Below are positions 17,929-31,293 of a stretch of DNA of 64,000 nt, in pieces. The stretch spans positions 119,538,001 to 119,602,000 of the forward strand of contig CM059431.1 in the NCBI GenBank assembly GCA_030390025.1, in the 5' to 3' direction. The DNA comes from Squalus acanthias. Its lineage: Eukaryota. Both the position numbers and the translations under genes were made by a program. How positions within the stretch are numbered: the first letter of the stretch is position 1; every line of letters begins with the position of its first letter. Under the pieces are notes generated by a model. It was given only the letters and a program-made list of their open reading frames with translations. It was not told where the DNA came from and made no database searches.

Positions 17929-20075
17929 GGGAGGAAAGAACAAAAGGGAAGGTCTGTGATAGGGTGGAAGGCAGGAGAGATTGAATGACAAAAGGGATGA
18001 TGGTGCAAGGCAAAAGGGGATGGTCATGGGACAAGTAAAGAAACAAAAGATGGGTCTAGAGGTGGTGTAAATGGCATAGCAGAATCATCAACAGCTGCCG
18101 TCTGAAAAAATGGGAGCAGTGGTTATGAACTGAAATTGTTGAATTCAATGTTGAGTCCAGAAGGCTGTAAAATGCCTAATCAAAAGATGAGATGCTGTTC
18201 CTAGAGCTTCCGCGGAGCTTCATTGGAACAGTGTAGGAGGCCAAGGACAGAGTAGTTAGAGTGGGAGTGTGGCGGAGAATTAAAATGACAAGCGACCAGA
18301 AGTTCCGGGTCATGCTTGCGGACTGAATGCAGGTGTTCCGCAAAGCGATCACCCAATCTGCATTTAGTCTCCCCAATGTAGAGGAGACCGCATCATGAGC
18401 AGCGAATACAGTGTACTAAATTGAAAGAAGTACAAGTAAATCGTTGTTTCACCTGGAAGGATTATTTGGGGCCCTGGACGGTGGGAAGGGAGGAAGTGAA
18501 AGGGTAGATGTTGCATCTCTTGCGCTTGCATGGGAAGGGTGTGTTGGGGGTTATTGAAGAGTGGACCAGGCTGTTTTGGAGGGAACAGTCCCTTCGGAAT
18601 CTGAAAGGGGAGGGAAAGATGTGTTTGGTGGTGGCATCACACTGAAGGTGGCGGAAATGACAGAGGATGATCCATTGAATGTCGAGACTGGTGAAGTGAA
18701 AGGTAAGGCAAGGGGAACCCTATCGTGGTTCTAGGAGGAAGGAGAAGGGGTGAGAGCAGATGTGCGGGAAATGGGACGGACACGGTCGAGGGCCCTGTTA
18801 ACCAAGGTGGAGGGGAATCCTCGGTTAAGAAAAAGGAAAACATATTGGAATTATTGGTGTGGAACGTGGCATCGTCAGAACAGATGCCACAGAGACGGAG
18901 AAACTGGGAGAATGGAATAGAATCCTTACAGGAAGTGGGGTGGGGGGAAGTGTAATCAAGGTGGTTGTGGGAGTCAGTGGGCTTATACTAGATATTGGTT
19001 GACAGCCTATCAGCAGAAATGGAGACAGAGAAGTCGAGGAAGGGAATGGAAGAGCTGGAGATGGACCACGTGAAAGTGAGGGAAGGTTGGAAATTGGAAG
19101 CAAAGTGAATGAAATTTTCCAATTTGGGGCTGGAGCAGGAAACCGCACTGATACAGTCATCAATGTACCGGAAAAAGAGGTGAGGGAGGGGACCTGAGTA
19201 GGACTAGAACAAAGAATGTTCCACATTTCACACAAAAAGGCGTATGGGTTCCCATAGCAACACCTTTTATATGGAGGAAGTGAGTGGAGTCAAAGGAGAA
19301 GTCATTCAATGTAAAAACAAGTTCAGCCAGGCGGAGGAGGGTGGTAGTGGATGGGGACTGGTTGGGCCTCTGTTCAAGGAAAAATTGGAGGGCCCTCAGG
19401 CCATCCTGGTGAGGGATGGAGGTGTAGAGGGATTGGATGTCCATGGTGAAAAGGAGACAGTTGGGGCCAGGAAACTGTTAAAGTGGCAGAGGGCATCAGA
19501 AGATTCGTGGATGTAAGTGGGAAGAGACTGGACAAGGTGAGAAAAAATAGTGTCAAGATAGGAAAAAATCAGTTCCGTGGGGTAACAACAGGCTGAAACG
19601 ATCGGTCTACCAAGGCAGTCCTGTTTTGAATCTTGAGAAGGAAGTAGAAACGGGCTGTTCGGCGTTGGCTGACTATGAGGTTGAAAGCCATGGAGGGAAG
19701 ATCTCCAGAGGATATGAGATCAGTGACAGTCTGGGAAATGATAGCTTGATGTTCACTGTTGAGGTCATGGTCCAGGGGGAGGCAGAGGGAGGTGTCAGAG
19801 AGTTTGCGTTCAGCCTCTGCAATGTAGAGGTCGGTTCGCCAAACAAGAGAGGGAGGTAGGTTAGAGTGAGTGAGCGGAGTAGAAAAATTGAAACGGCTGA
19901 TGTCAGGCCAGCAGTCCTCAATGAAAAGATCTAGAGAGGGTAAGAGGCCAGTGGCCAGAGGGAGGGGTCCAGGTGGAACGAGAATTCTGAAGACGGGAGA
20001 AAGGGTCCACTGTGCATGGAGAAGACTCCCTTCATCCTCAGCCAAAGCCTCAGCTTCATCCCCTTACGCCCCGCC
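17929..20075 (-). mobile_element. Penelope-like element, degenerate RT and GIY-YIG endonuclease
   Basis: Minus-strand DIQSLYTSIPHQDGL, KGVAMGT and FTCTSFNLVHCIRCS..LYIGETK (about 18320-18450); short inverted segment (LSFIPLRP on +) at about 20030-20075. Confidence 0.85.
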
Positions 20076-20589
20076 CCCACCAATGTTCCCATTAAGCTGC
20101 GCAGCCATGCAGTGGTCTGGAGGTCCTGTGTAGGGCGTTTGCCGGCTTTACAATGGGAAAAAAACATGCATCCCAAAACAAAAAGGGATCATTGGCCACC
20201 ACCTCAATGAATTTCGAGCTCGGCAAGATGCTGAGCTCTTCTTTCATCGCCCTCACCTCAGCATCTATTTCTTTGGCCAGGAGTCAAGGACCTGGCAGGA
20301 GATCATCAAGATTTAATGCATGTGGCATGTGTGAGTAACCTATGAGTGTCTCTATTCACAGTTTTGGAAACATCTACATCCAATGGGCATTTTTAATCGG
20401 ATTTTCCTATTGGGCAAACAAGCAGTGTGAATATTACTATATCACTATAGTTTTGACAATAATCAAATTGAAAATGAAATCTACTGAACCATGTGCAAGA
20501 GTGCAGTGCTAATTGAGTAATTTGAATTATTCAGTTATGTAAGTGCATGCTCTTGCAGCAACTCCAATCCTTTGATCCATTAACAAATT

Positions 20590-23047
20590 ATTCAATGAGG
20601 ACTGCAGAAGAGCATGCCAGGAGCTGCACCAGGCATACCTATAAAAGAGGTGACAACCTGGTGAAGCTACAACACAGGACTACATGCATTCTAAACAGAG
20701 GAAGCAGCATGCTTAGACATAGCTAAGCGATCCCACAACCAACGGATCAGATCAAAGATGTGCAGTCCTGTCACATCCAGTCGTGAATGGTGGTGGTCAA
20801 TTAAACAACTAACTGGAGGAGGAGGCTCCAAGAATATTCCCAACCTCAGTGATGTTGGAGCCCAGCACGTGCATGCAAAAGACAAAGCTGAAACATTCGC
20901 AACCATCTTCAGCCAGAAGTGCCGAGTGGATGATCCATCTCGGCCTCTTCCTGAAGTCCCCACCATCACAGAAGTCAGTCTTCAGCCAATTCGATTCACT
21001 CCACGTGATACCAAGAAACGGCTGAGCGCACTGGATACAGCAAAAACTATGGGCCCAGAAAACATCCCGGCTGTCATGCTGAAGACTTGTGCTCCAGAAC
21101 TAGCCGCGCCTTTAGTCAAATGTTCCAGTACAGCTACAACACTACAGGGGGTAGTGATAGTCAAGAGATAAACAAACTCTCTTAGCTTTGCAGACATGAT
21201 GGCTTTTCTGAGGTTAAAGGGGAGAAGTCAAACCTTTCAAGTTTTGAAATGCAGAATACGCCGTAACTCATGAACCGAACCAAATGGTTTTCTGCCACCT
21301 TTGTAAACTTTAGGAGTGAATGAACAATTTTGGGCTGTGATAAGGACAAACTAAGGATAAGCCACACAGGATGAGTTAATGTAAACGTTTGATAGCTCAA
21401 ACAGCTCAGACCAGCATTAAAAGAACATTTCACTATCTCTGAATGAATGATTTAATGCAAAAGACAAGGAAAGCTGTATAAAGCACAGTGGCTAAAGAAT
21501 ATCAGCACTGCAGTCAGAAGAAGGTGGTTTGACCAGTCATCTCGCCTACGAGGATCAAGCTGCAGTCAGAGGAAGGAGGGGCCTGGCCAGTCTTTTCGCT
21601 TACGAGGACCTACAATCAACGCTGGACTGATCATCGGCGGGTGGTTGTATGTATGATTTGCTGTCACATTATTGGTGAACTGCTCGAATAGTGGTTGGGG
21701 TTTTGAATCTGTCTTAGGAACAATAAAAGATTAAAGACAGAACCCGTGTGTCTGGTGTAATTTCTCATAAGTCTCAAGTCCGAACTCTATAACCTGTTGG
21801 ACGGGGCGAGGGGTAATTCCGCACGTCTTACACTCCAGACCTCATTACAGCCTTGGTCCAAACATGGAAAGAGGTGACGTGAGAGTGACTGCCCTTGACA
21901 TCAAGGGAGCATTTGACCGAGTGTGGCATCAAGGAGTCCTGGTAAAATTGAAGTTAATGGGAATCAGGAGGAAAACTCTCCATGGGCTGGAGTCATACCT
22001 AGCACAAAGGAAGGTGGTTGTGGTTGTTGGAGGCCAATCATCTCAGCCCCAGGACATCGCTGCAGGAGTTTCTCAGGGCAGTGTCCTTTGCCCAACCATC
22101 TTCAGCTGCTTCATCAATGACCTTCCCTCCATCATAAGGTCCGAAGTGGGGAAGTTCACTGATGACTGCACAGCATTCAGTTCCATTTGTTTCTCCTCAG
22201 ATAATGAAGCAGTCCATGCCTGCATGCAGCAAGACCTGGACGACATTCAGAATGGGCTGATAAGTGGCAAGTAACATTTCTACCACACAAGAGCCAGGCA
22301 ATGACCATCTCCAACAAGAGAGAGTCTAACCACAGCCCCTTGACATTCAATGGCATTACCATCGCCAAATTTCCCACCATCAACATCCTGGGCGGTCACC
22401 ATTGACCACAAACTTAACTGGACCATCCACATTAATACTGTGGCTACAAGATCAGGTCAGAGGCTGGGTATTCTATGGCGAGTGACTCATCTCCTGACTC
22501 CCCAAATCCTTTCCACCATCTACAAGTCAGGAGTGTGAAGGAATACTCTCCTCTTGCCTGGATGAGTGCAGCTCCAACAACACTCAAGAAGCTCGACACC
22601 ATCCAAGACAAAGCAGCCCACTTGATTGGCACCCCATTCACCACCTTAAAAATTCACTCCCTCCACCACCGGTGCACCGTGGCTGCAGTGTATACCATCT
22701 ACAAGATGCACTGCAGTAACTCTAAAAAGGCTTCTTCGGCAGCACATTCCAAACCCGCAAACTCTACCGCTTAAAAGGACAAAGGCAGCAAGCTCATGGG
22801 AACACCATCGTCTCCAAGTTCTCCACCAAGTCACACAGCATGCTGACTTGGAAATATATCGCTGTTACTTAAGCGTCGCTGGGTCAGAACTCCCTCCCTA
22901 ACAGCACTGTGGGAGAACCTTCACCAAATGGACTGCAGCGGTTCAAGAAGGCGGCTCACCACCACCTTCTCAAGGGCAACTAGGGATGGCCAATAAATGC
23001 TGGCCTTGCCAGCGCTGCCCACATCCCATGAACGAATTAAAAAAAAA
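20590..23047 (+). mobile_element. Degenerate CR1/Jockey-group LINE, interrupted at about 21144-21832
   Basis: LKTCAPELAAPL; ALDIKGAFDRVWH; GVSQGSVL..FINDL..FTDD; A-rich 3' tail near 23040. Confidence 0.85.
21144..21832 (+). mobile_element. Truncated LTR-like insertion of another family
   Basis: Interrupts the LINE; TATAAA near 21476, ~50-bp tandem repeat 21508-21610, AATAAA 21722, ends TTACA; no TSD, and adjacent LINE sequence is missing on the left. Confidence 0.5.
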
Positions 23048-23405
23048 TCCCTCCTCCTCGGGACCTCCTCCACCAGGACCTCCAGTGCCGTGTCCGAGAA
23101 CTTGTGCGCCCTCTCTCTCGGTCCCTGAGCCATCCTGCAACGTTCGCTCGCTTGCCTGGCAGCCAGCGCACACCACACATTCAGTGGAAGTGGGTGCATG
23201 GAGGCCACATATACAGCTTCAGGAAAATTGCTTCTAATCAGAGCTTGAGTGCTAAATGTGCAGGTGTCTGTTTTAGCACCTGCAGAGATGTTTAAATCAT
23301 GGTAATCATCAATTAGCCCCAAACATGTGTGCTCAATCTAGACTTTCAAACAAACATTTCTTACTAGCACAGTATCCATTTAGCACCTGTTTTCACACTT
23401 TCACC
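23048..23405 (-). mobile_element. PIF/Harbinger remnant with the start of a Myb/SANT-like ORF
   Basis: MAQGPRERAHKFSDTALEVLVEEV; homologous to about 53750-54120 (+). Confidence 0.7.
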
Positions 23406-24477
23406 AAAATAAACCTCAGTACGTTTAAGAAAATGCAATTGTGTAAGTTTTTCAATTTTTAAAGCAAATCTTCCTGATGCCATAAAGATCCATTCATAGA
23501 TATAGAAAATATGTTGTAGGTCTCAGTAAGCACAAATTTCAAAAGAAATCAATTAACAAAATTCCCGTAAAACACCAGAAATATATCTTCAGGTTCAGCA
23601 GTGGCTCAAGTTTTGGATATAAATTCCCAGCCCGTTCAGAACTGGCGTAAATGAAGGAAGTTCGCAAAAGCTACACTTTCACTGGGGGCGGAGCTATGTT
23701 CATGGGAGCCGGAGAGTTTCAATGGAGGGTTCGTGGGATTTTGCGTAAAAAAAATTGAGGAAATTCTGGCATAGTGCAAAGCAATGAAAATCGCCCTTAT
23801 GCCATGCTGACACTGTTGTTTCATCGCACGTTTTCAGGACATTCCGGGCCAACTGCACCAATGTGAGATTTTTTTCCAACAATAATCCATCTTGTGATCT
23901 CTCTGAGTGAAATTACCAGCGAGAAGAAATGTTATTGATGTGGGGCCATCCATGCTGCCCTAACTCATTTCAGACTGGACCCTTACAGTTTGCAGAGCAG
24001 GCTTTAACCAATCAGTTTGGGCTAGAATTGAAACTCGGTCCACACAGAAGAAAAGCCTGCAGTAACCTAATCCCCAGAAAGTCCATTTATATGAAATTCA
24101 TGTAGCTAACCACATGAAATTTAAATATAATTAACAAGGTATGTACATGTTTTATCTTTACATAACAGACATCCTCTCTAATTTTCATATACCAGGAAAT
24201 GGTTTGGAGTTATATGGAAAAGTCTTTATTTGGAATTAATCTCATTTGCCTAAGTAAATTAACCCTAATTCGCTTATAACATTAGCTCTAGCATAACAAA
24301 CTATATATCCTCAAATTTCACAAAGCCAGTACTTGTGTTTTTCTAATTATATGTTTGAAAAATGGTTTCACAATTAATTTAAGTGCATACAGAAATTAGA
24401 TCTAATTTGATTGCTAGAAGCAATGTATTCTTTAATTTAACCTCATAAAAATACTATTCAGGTTTTATTTAAACATT

Positions 24478-25232
24478 GGCCCAGAAATTCCGTTCGCAGC
24501 CCTCCCGCGGGCGGAGGGCTGCGATTCGGAAAAATCTCCGCTTGGACCGGAGGGCTCCCAGGACTCGCACACTTCCGTTGCTGTGCCTCTTCAATCTGCC
24601 GGTGTGCAGTGCTCGCGTATCCCAGGGGTGCAGCTAGTTCGCAGCGTCCCTGGGATCACGTGGGCCACGGGGAGCCAATCAGAGCAGGGAATCTCCATTC
24701 ATAGATTTGACAGGAAGACCTGTCAAATCTATGAATAGAGATGAGCCCCAAAACATAAGTAAAACTTCAAATAATTTTTTTTTAAATCACATGTTTAAAA
24801 TGACTATAAATTACATAAATTAACTATTTTAAACAAAAATTAAAATTTTTGAAAAAAATAATTAAAGTTTTTAACGGGGCTAAAAATAAACTTACCTTTA
24901 AAGTATTTTAAAATGATAAATCAGTGGAAATTTGTTTTTCTTTTTACTTTATCAAACTATTAGCCTGCTAAAAGCAGGCCTTGCGCCTGCTTTTCTAGGC
25001 GCAGCTGTTCCCGACTTACCTGGACTCAAGCTAGTGTGGAAAAAAATAGAAGTTTTTAACGTACGCGCTGCCTATCCGGCGCAAGCGTTTATCCAGTCAA
25101 GCCCTTTCTGCAGAGAACGGAAGTGCCGGTTTCCAGCGCATGCGCAGTGCATGCGTAAAACCGGCACTTCCGGTGGCCCTACGGGTGAGTACACAACGCG
25201 TACCCACCCGTAGGGAACGGAATTTCTGGGTC
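24478..25232. mobile_element. MITE family A (PIF/Harbinger-like)
   Basis: TIR GGCCCAGAAATTCCGTTC / GAACGGAATTTCTGGGTC, TSD ATT. Confidence 0.85.
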
Positions 25233-26650
25233 ATTGGTTCTTTTTATACTTTTCTATTTTACTGTGGTTAGTCTTATGAGAAGGTGGACATTAGCAGGTG
25301 ACACTCTTGAGAATACAGTTCATTGAACCTCTTCCTACATTGAAGCCAGGTCCTGGGGGTGATGCTGCTGGCACTGACCCTACCAGCCACCGCTCTCCAC
25401 GCCTGATGGATAGTGGCCCTGGGGATGATCCAAGGGGATCTGGGGAACTGTATCTACTTCCTTGCCCTGCCCTCCTCCACGAGGACCTCCAGGGAGGCAT
25501 CAGAAGACCTGAGGGCAGCCCTGCGACTCATTCTATTACTTGCTCCTTCTTCCAGCGGTGCAATAATCAAATCAGGTAGGAAAGAATGCTTTAAGAGGTG
25601 CATTCCCATTTTCTCCACGCGATCGAGTGGGCAGACTGTCAATCATATTAAATGAGGCCCAGGAATTAAAATCACTTGGACCACACGTTGGCGCGTCATG
25701 GGGGCTTCCTGCTCAACTCATCTCCTGCCTGCACGATTCCCACGTTGAGCTTTAATTGGGGCTTAAATCTAGAAGAGGGGCATGCTCTCCTCTGCCAAAC
25801 TGCTCACTATTCCAGGATCAATCTGGATTGCAAAGATAACCCCTGGCTTCTCTTCACTACAAACTGTCTTCTTAAACCCCTCTTCCCTGCCCCCTCCACC
25901 CTCACTTCCAACAACAACTGCGAGTAGCTTATGGACTTCTTTGTCACTAAGATTGAGACCATCAGCTGCCACTGCTGCTTACATCCCTTCCCCTCCTATC
26001 CCACCGATCTGAACTTCACCTAAGGTTCCCTCCTGGCCTTGCCCTGAACTCGCATCTTTCTCTAGTTTCTTTCCTACCTTCCCTCGTGCCCTCTCTGAGC
26101 TCATCTTGTCAATAAGACCCACCTCCTGCTCCTTTAAATCTATTCCCACCAAACTGCTGTCCACCCAACTTCCCTTCCTGGCACCTATGAAAGCTGATAT
26201 TGTTAATGGTTCCCTCTCCTCAGGTACTTTCGCCCTCCCCTTCAAATCTGCCGTCATCACTCCCCTCTTCAAAAAAAACACCCTTGACCCCTCTGTCTTT
26301 GCAAACTATGACCCCAGCTTCAACCTCCCTTTCCCCTCTAAAGTTCTTGAACATGTTGCTGCCTCTTAAATCCGTGCCCATCTTTCTCGCAACTCCATGT
26401 TTGAACCTCTCCGATCAGGTTTCCACTCCTGCCACAGCACTGAAATGGCCCTCATCAAAGTTACAAATTACATCCTATGTGACTGTGACCTCATCCTTCT
26501 CAACCTGTCTGCAGCCTTTGACACATTTGACTACACCACCCTGCTCCAACACTTCTCCTGTGTTGTCCAGATGGAAGGGACTGCAATCGCCTGGTTCCAT
26601 TCTTACCTATTCAGTCATAGCCAGAGAGTTACCTGCAATGCCTTTGCTCC

Positions 26651-28374
26651 TGTAAGGGTTTTGTGCGCCTGTGTCTCAGACGGTGCTGGTGCGAGGTTAG
26701 GCCTTCGTTGCCTAATACTATTGCTTGCTCTGGTCTCCGGCCAGCCTTTTTGCAATAAGCACCTGTGAGTGGTTCGACCCACTCGCCCTTACGGTTCTAA
26801 CACTGGACTTAGGTGCAGGGAGCAGTAATGTAGAGAAAACTCAAATAGACCCGGTTGAATAGTACGAAATGGAAATCTTTATTGCATAGCGTCCAAAATC
26901 ATGAAGTACATGTCATAGGCGCAAATTAACGAGAGTACAAGTATACATACATTCATAAAGCTTGGTCTATGGTAATGAAGAACGCACGGCACATCGTAAA
27001 AAGGGGGAACACATTATACTTTATCCTTAATAAAACCACCCTCCCTTATCAATACCTACACTACGTCTAGATTTGTAGGATCGGGAAACATGCTCACCAC
27101 TCGTGTTACTTCGGAGAATTTTAAAGTGAGGCACTCGGCTCGTTTCGCTGCAGCGCCTGACTGTCACGTGTTTGGAAGGGTCTCTGTACCCCACTTGTTT
27201 ATCTTCGCTGCTGCGACAAGCAGGCCAGACTCCCTGTTGTCATGAAGAACTCGACAGAACTCGGACACGGTTGTAGAACTCAAAGAAGAGTCTTCCTGTA
27301 CCCGACACCGGTTGTCGGTAGATTTCAATGAAGAGTCTTTCTTGTATTTTCGGGCGCGGTCGGGGTTTACTGACCGTGGCGGCACGTGGATTCTTCTTCT
27401 TTTCTTGTCGTTTCGTCTTGTCTCTTCGGGCCTTCGGGTCCAGACACCGTTTACCGACACTCGAGATGGTGCACCCTGCTACTTGCCCTTGTCGGGGCGG
27501 CTCGTCCCGATTGAGCTCCACCCAACATTCGAATAACCGACCAGTGCGGCTAAAAGTCAAGAGTCAACAGAGTCCAGCCCTAAAGAAGAGCTTCAGCCAG
27601 CGGTCGAGCGAGTCAAGAGACTAAGAGTTCAGCAGTCAGCAGCCAGATAAGAGACCGAATCAAGCGCATAAGAGTACAGCAGTCAGCAGCGGGATAAGAG
27701 TCGAATCAAGACTTCAGCCCGAGTCAAGAGACCGATGACATTTGTTCACTATAGTTATAGTGCTGTGTTCCCTTATCTCCCGCTCAAATCTTAATGTTTG
27801 TCCTTTGTGTAATATTGGCGCTCAAAACTCCCAGCATGGGGCGATTCTTCTCTTTAACGGGTTTCGGTAGCACCTGAAACTGGCCAACTACCCGTTAATG
27901 TTTTCCCCATTGTTGACCCAGCCAGGATTGTATGAATCGTCTCCCTGACTGGTTTTGGGGGCCCCCCGAATACTTGCTTAATCACCCGTCGATGTCTCTT
28001 TCATTGTAGAGCCGTGGGGGTATTTGTGTATTGATGTGTCTGGATGGGCCTTCGATTGCCCAGTACAATGGTCCTTACTTGTGCATGGAAAACGATTCCA
28101 GCACTTATATCTTTGCTATTGTCAAAAATGCAAACAGGTTGCATCCTGTCTTTATCAGTGTTTATCGAGTATGATCCAATCTTATATTGAATGTTTATTC
28201 GACGCCATCTTGTCTGCCCACTGTATTTCTGGAAGCTTCTGCCACGATGCGCGGCAGCCATTTTACAGGCATCTGTGTCCTTTATAATCATGACAGCATT
28301 TCGTTTAATAAAACTGATCAACGAATCTGCTTCTCTTATGTTATTTCGAATCGCGATAATTGCGAAACTTTACA
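26651..28374 (-). mobile_element. Solo LTR of a family related to the provirus LTR
   Basis: TG...CA, TSD CTCC; the minus strand starts TGTAAAGTTTCGCAATTATCGCGATT, homologous to 5277. Confidence 0.92.
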
Positions 28375-28477
28375 CTCCCCTACAGCTACATCTCGAGTCC
28401 CCCAGCCATCTATCCTTGGCCCTCTCCCATTTCTCATTTACATGCTGCCCCTCAACACTACCATCCGAAAACACAAT

Positions 28478-29241
28478 TGCCCAGAAATTCGTCCGAATAC
28501 GGGAGAGTACGCACTGTGTACTCACCCATATTCGGTCCCGAAGTGCCGGTTTCCTGCATGCACTGCGCATGTGCGGGAAACCGGCACTTCTGATATTGCG
28601 AAGGGGGCAGTTCCTAAGTGAACCACGTGCGCGCTACAGGCTGTGCGCACGCAGCACACTTCGGTTTTTTTTCAGGTTTGAACGCGAAGGTAAGTGTTGA
28701 AGATTTTACACATGAAGAAAGCAAGCATAAGACCCCATTTTAACAAGGTAAGTAGTTAATTAAGTATTATTTTTTTTTAAATTCAACAGGTTTATCTTTT
28801 TTAGAGACTTTAAAGAAAGGTAAGTTTATTTTTATAACTTTTAAAAAGAATTTACATTTTTTCAAAAATTTAAATTTTTGTTTAAAGTGGTTAATTTATT
28901 TAACTATAGTTATTTTATTAATGTGATGGTTTTTTTAAAAACTTAATTGAGGTTTAGCTGTTCTTTTGGGGCAGGTTGTATTCATAGCTTTGACAGCTCT
29001 TCCTGTCAAAACTATGAATGAAAGATGGTGTGCTGCCATTGGCTCTAACTGGCCCACGTGATCCCAGAGGTCGCATCGAACTAACTACGCCTCTGGGACA
29101 CGCACACACTGCGCGCCGGCACCAGGAAGATGCCCAGGAACTGAAGTTCGTGTGGGCCAATACCATAAAGGCAGGCGCGGAGTGCGATATCGCGGGGGAT
29201 CCTTACCCCCGCGGCAACCATCGAAGTCCAATTTCTGGGCC
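28478..29241. mobile_element. MITE family A, inverted relative to 24478
   Basis: TIR GCCCAGAAATT / AATTTCTGGGC, TSD AAT; shares internal palindromes with 24478-25232. Confidence 0.85.
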
Positions 29242-30449
29242 AATGCCTGGTTCCGCATGTACGCTGACGACACCAATTCTATCTCACCATCAGCTTTCTC
29301 GACTCCTCCATTGCCTTCGATTTGTCACGCTGCTTGTCTGACATCCCATATTTGGAAGACCAACAACAGGGGCCTAGAAATTCATGAACGCCACAACAAC
29401 TGCTGATGCCACCACGGGCAGGTGTTAACGGCCACTGGAAATGGTGGCGCTGGCAGGACCTGAAAAATTTGCAGTGGGGACTAATTAACATTAGCCCAGC
29501 GCTAAGCTCACTGTGCAATGCCGCTATTAGCCCTTAAACATAGACACATAGAAGATAGGAGCAGGAGTAGGCCATTCGGCCCCTCGATTCTGTTCCGCCA
29601 TTTAATGAGATCATGGCTGTTCATCCAAATTCAGTACCCTGTCCCTGCTTTCTCCCCATATCCCTTGATCCCTTTAGCCTTAAGAAAGATATCTAACTCC
29701 TTCTTGAATATATTTAATGAATTGGACTCAACTACCTTCTGTGGTAGAGAATTCCACAGGTTCACCACTCGCTGGGTGAAGAAATTCCTCCTCATCTCAG
29801 TCCTAAATGGCTTACCCCTTATCCTTAGACTGTGACCCCTGGTTCTGGTCTCCCCCGCCATCAGGAACATCCTTCCTGCATCTAGTCTGTCTAGTCCTGT
29901 TAGAATTTTATAAGTTTCAATGAGTTCCCCTCTCATTCTTCTAAACTCTGGTGAATATAAGCCTAATCGACCCAATTTCTCTTCATACGTCATTTCTGCC
30001 ATCCCAGCTATCAGTCTGGTGAATCTTCGCTGCACTCCCTCCATGGCAAGAACATCCTTCCTCAGATAAGGCGACCAAAACTACACACAATACTCAGGGT
30101 ATGGTCTCACCAAGGCCCTGTACATCTGCAGCAAGACATCCTTGCTCCTGTACTCGAATTCGCTCGCTATGAAGGCCAACATACCATTTGCCTTCTTAAC
30201 CGCCTGCTGCACCTGCGTGCTTACCTTCAGCGACTGGTGCACAAGGACACCCAGGTCTCGTTGCACTTCCCCTTTTCCCAATCTATTGCCATTCAGATAA
30301 TAATCTGTCTTCCTGTTTTTGCCACCAAAGTGGATAACCTCGCATTTATCCACATTATACTGCATCTGCCATGCATCTGCCCAATCACCCAACCTTTCTC
30401 TGCATCCTCCTCACAGCACACACGCCCACCTTGCAAACTTGGAGATATT

Positions 30450-31293
30450 GGGCTCAATTTTCACCGGCCCGTGGAGGTGGGTTTGGAGGCGTGTGGGTTG
30501 GGAAAATAGCAGATTCGGGGGTCCCGAACCCATCCCGCCCCCAACCCGCCTCCATGCCAGTTGCCCAGGAGGCGGGTACCCGACCTGTGCTGGGACCCGC
30601 CTCCCGAGGCGGGAAGGGGATTAGTGCCAATAAACTGCCTGTTAACAGGTAGTTAACAGGCAGTTTTTTTGCCTAATCCCTATTTTAAGCCCTGAAGTGT
30701 GGGCTTCCCGACAGGTCCGAATCACGCCGATTTAGCGAGGCAGACCGTCGGTCTGGAGGGCTTGGAGGGGTCGAGATTTCCAGTGTGCAGGTGAGTGATG
30801 GGTGCATGAGTGCAGAGGTAAGTGTGTTTGGTGTGTGTAAAGTATTTTAACAACTTTTACTTACCTTAACTTTGTCCTGCAGGCTAGCTTCCTGAAGGTG
30901 TCGGGAGTCCCTCACATCCACGGCACAGAAAGCAGAATGGCCGCGGAGCTGTCAAAAGCTGCAGTCTCTGCTTTCTGTGCTGGATTGATTTCTAACTGAG
31001 TCTAAGTACATGGACTCACGTTAGAAATCATATTGTCAGTGTTTGACAGCTTCACAGAGCTGTCAAATGTTGAAATTTCATCTGTCAAAAGCTCTTGACA
31101 GATGAAATTTCAATGGCTGACGTCACCTGTATCCAAGGGACCCTTGATTGGCCTGCTAAGCCCGCTGGGCAGGCTTAACAAGGTCAATCAAGGGAAAATA
31201 CAGTGGGTTGGCCACAAGTCAATGGAGGCGGGACTACAACCCAAAAAGTGGGAGTCCCGCCTGCATCACATCCCAATTGACAAAATCCAGCCC
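30450..31293. mobile_element. MITE family B
   Basis: TIR GGGCTCAATTTT / AAAATCCAGCCC, TSD ATT; the CR1 rejoins across it. Confidence 0.85.

Noticed and set aside
21508..21610. Short direct repeats as a CRISPR-like array
   Set aside because: Two units without spacers, inside an LTR-like insert in eukaryotic DNA.
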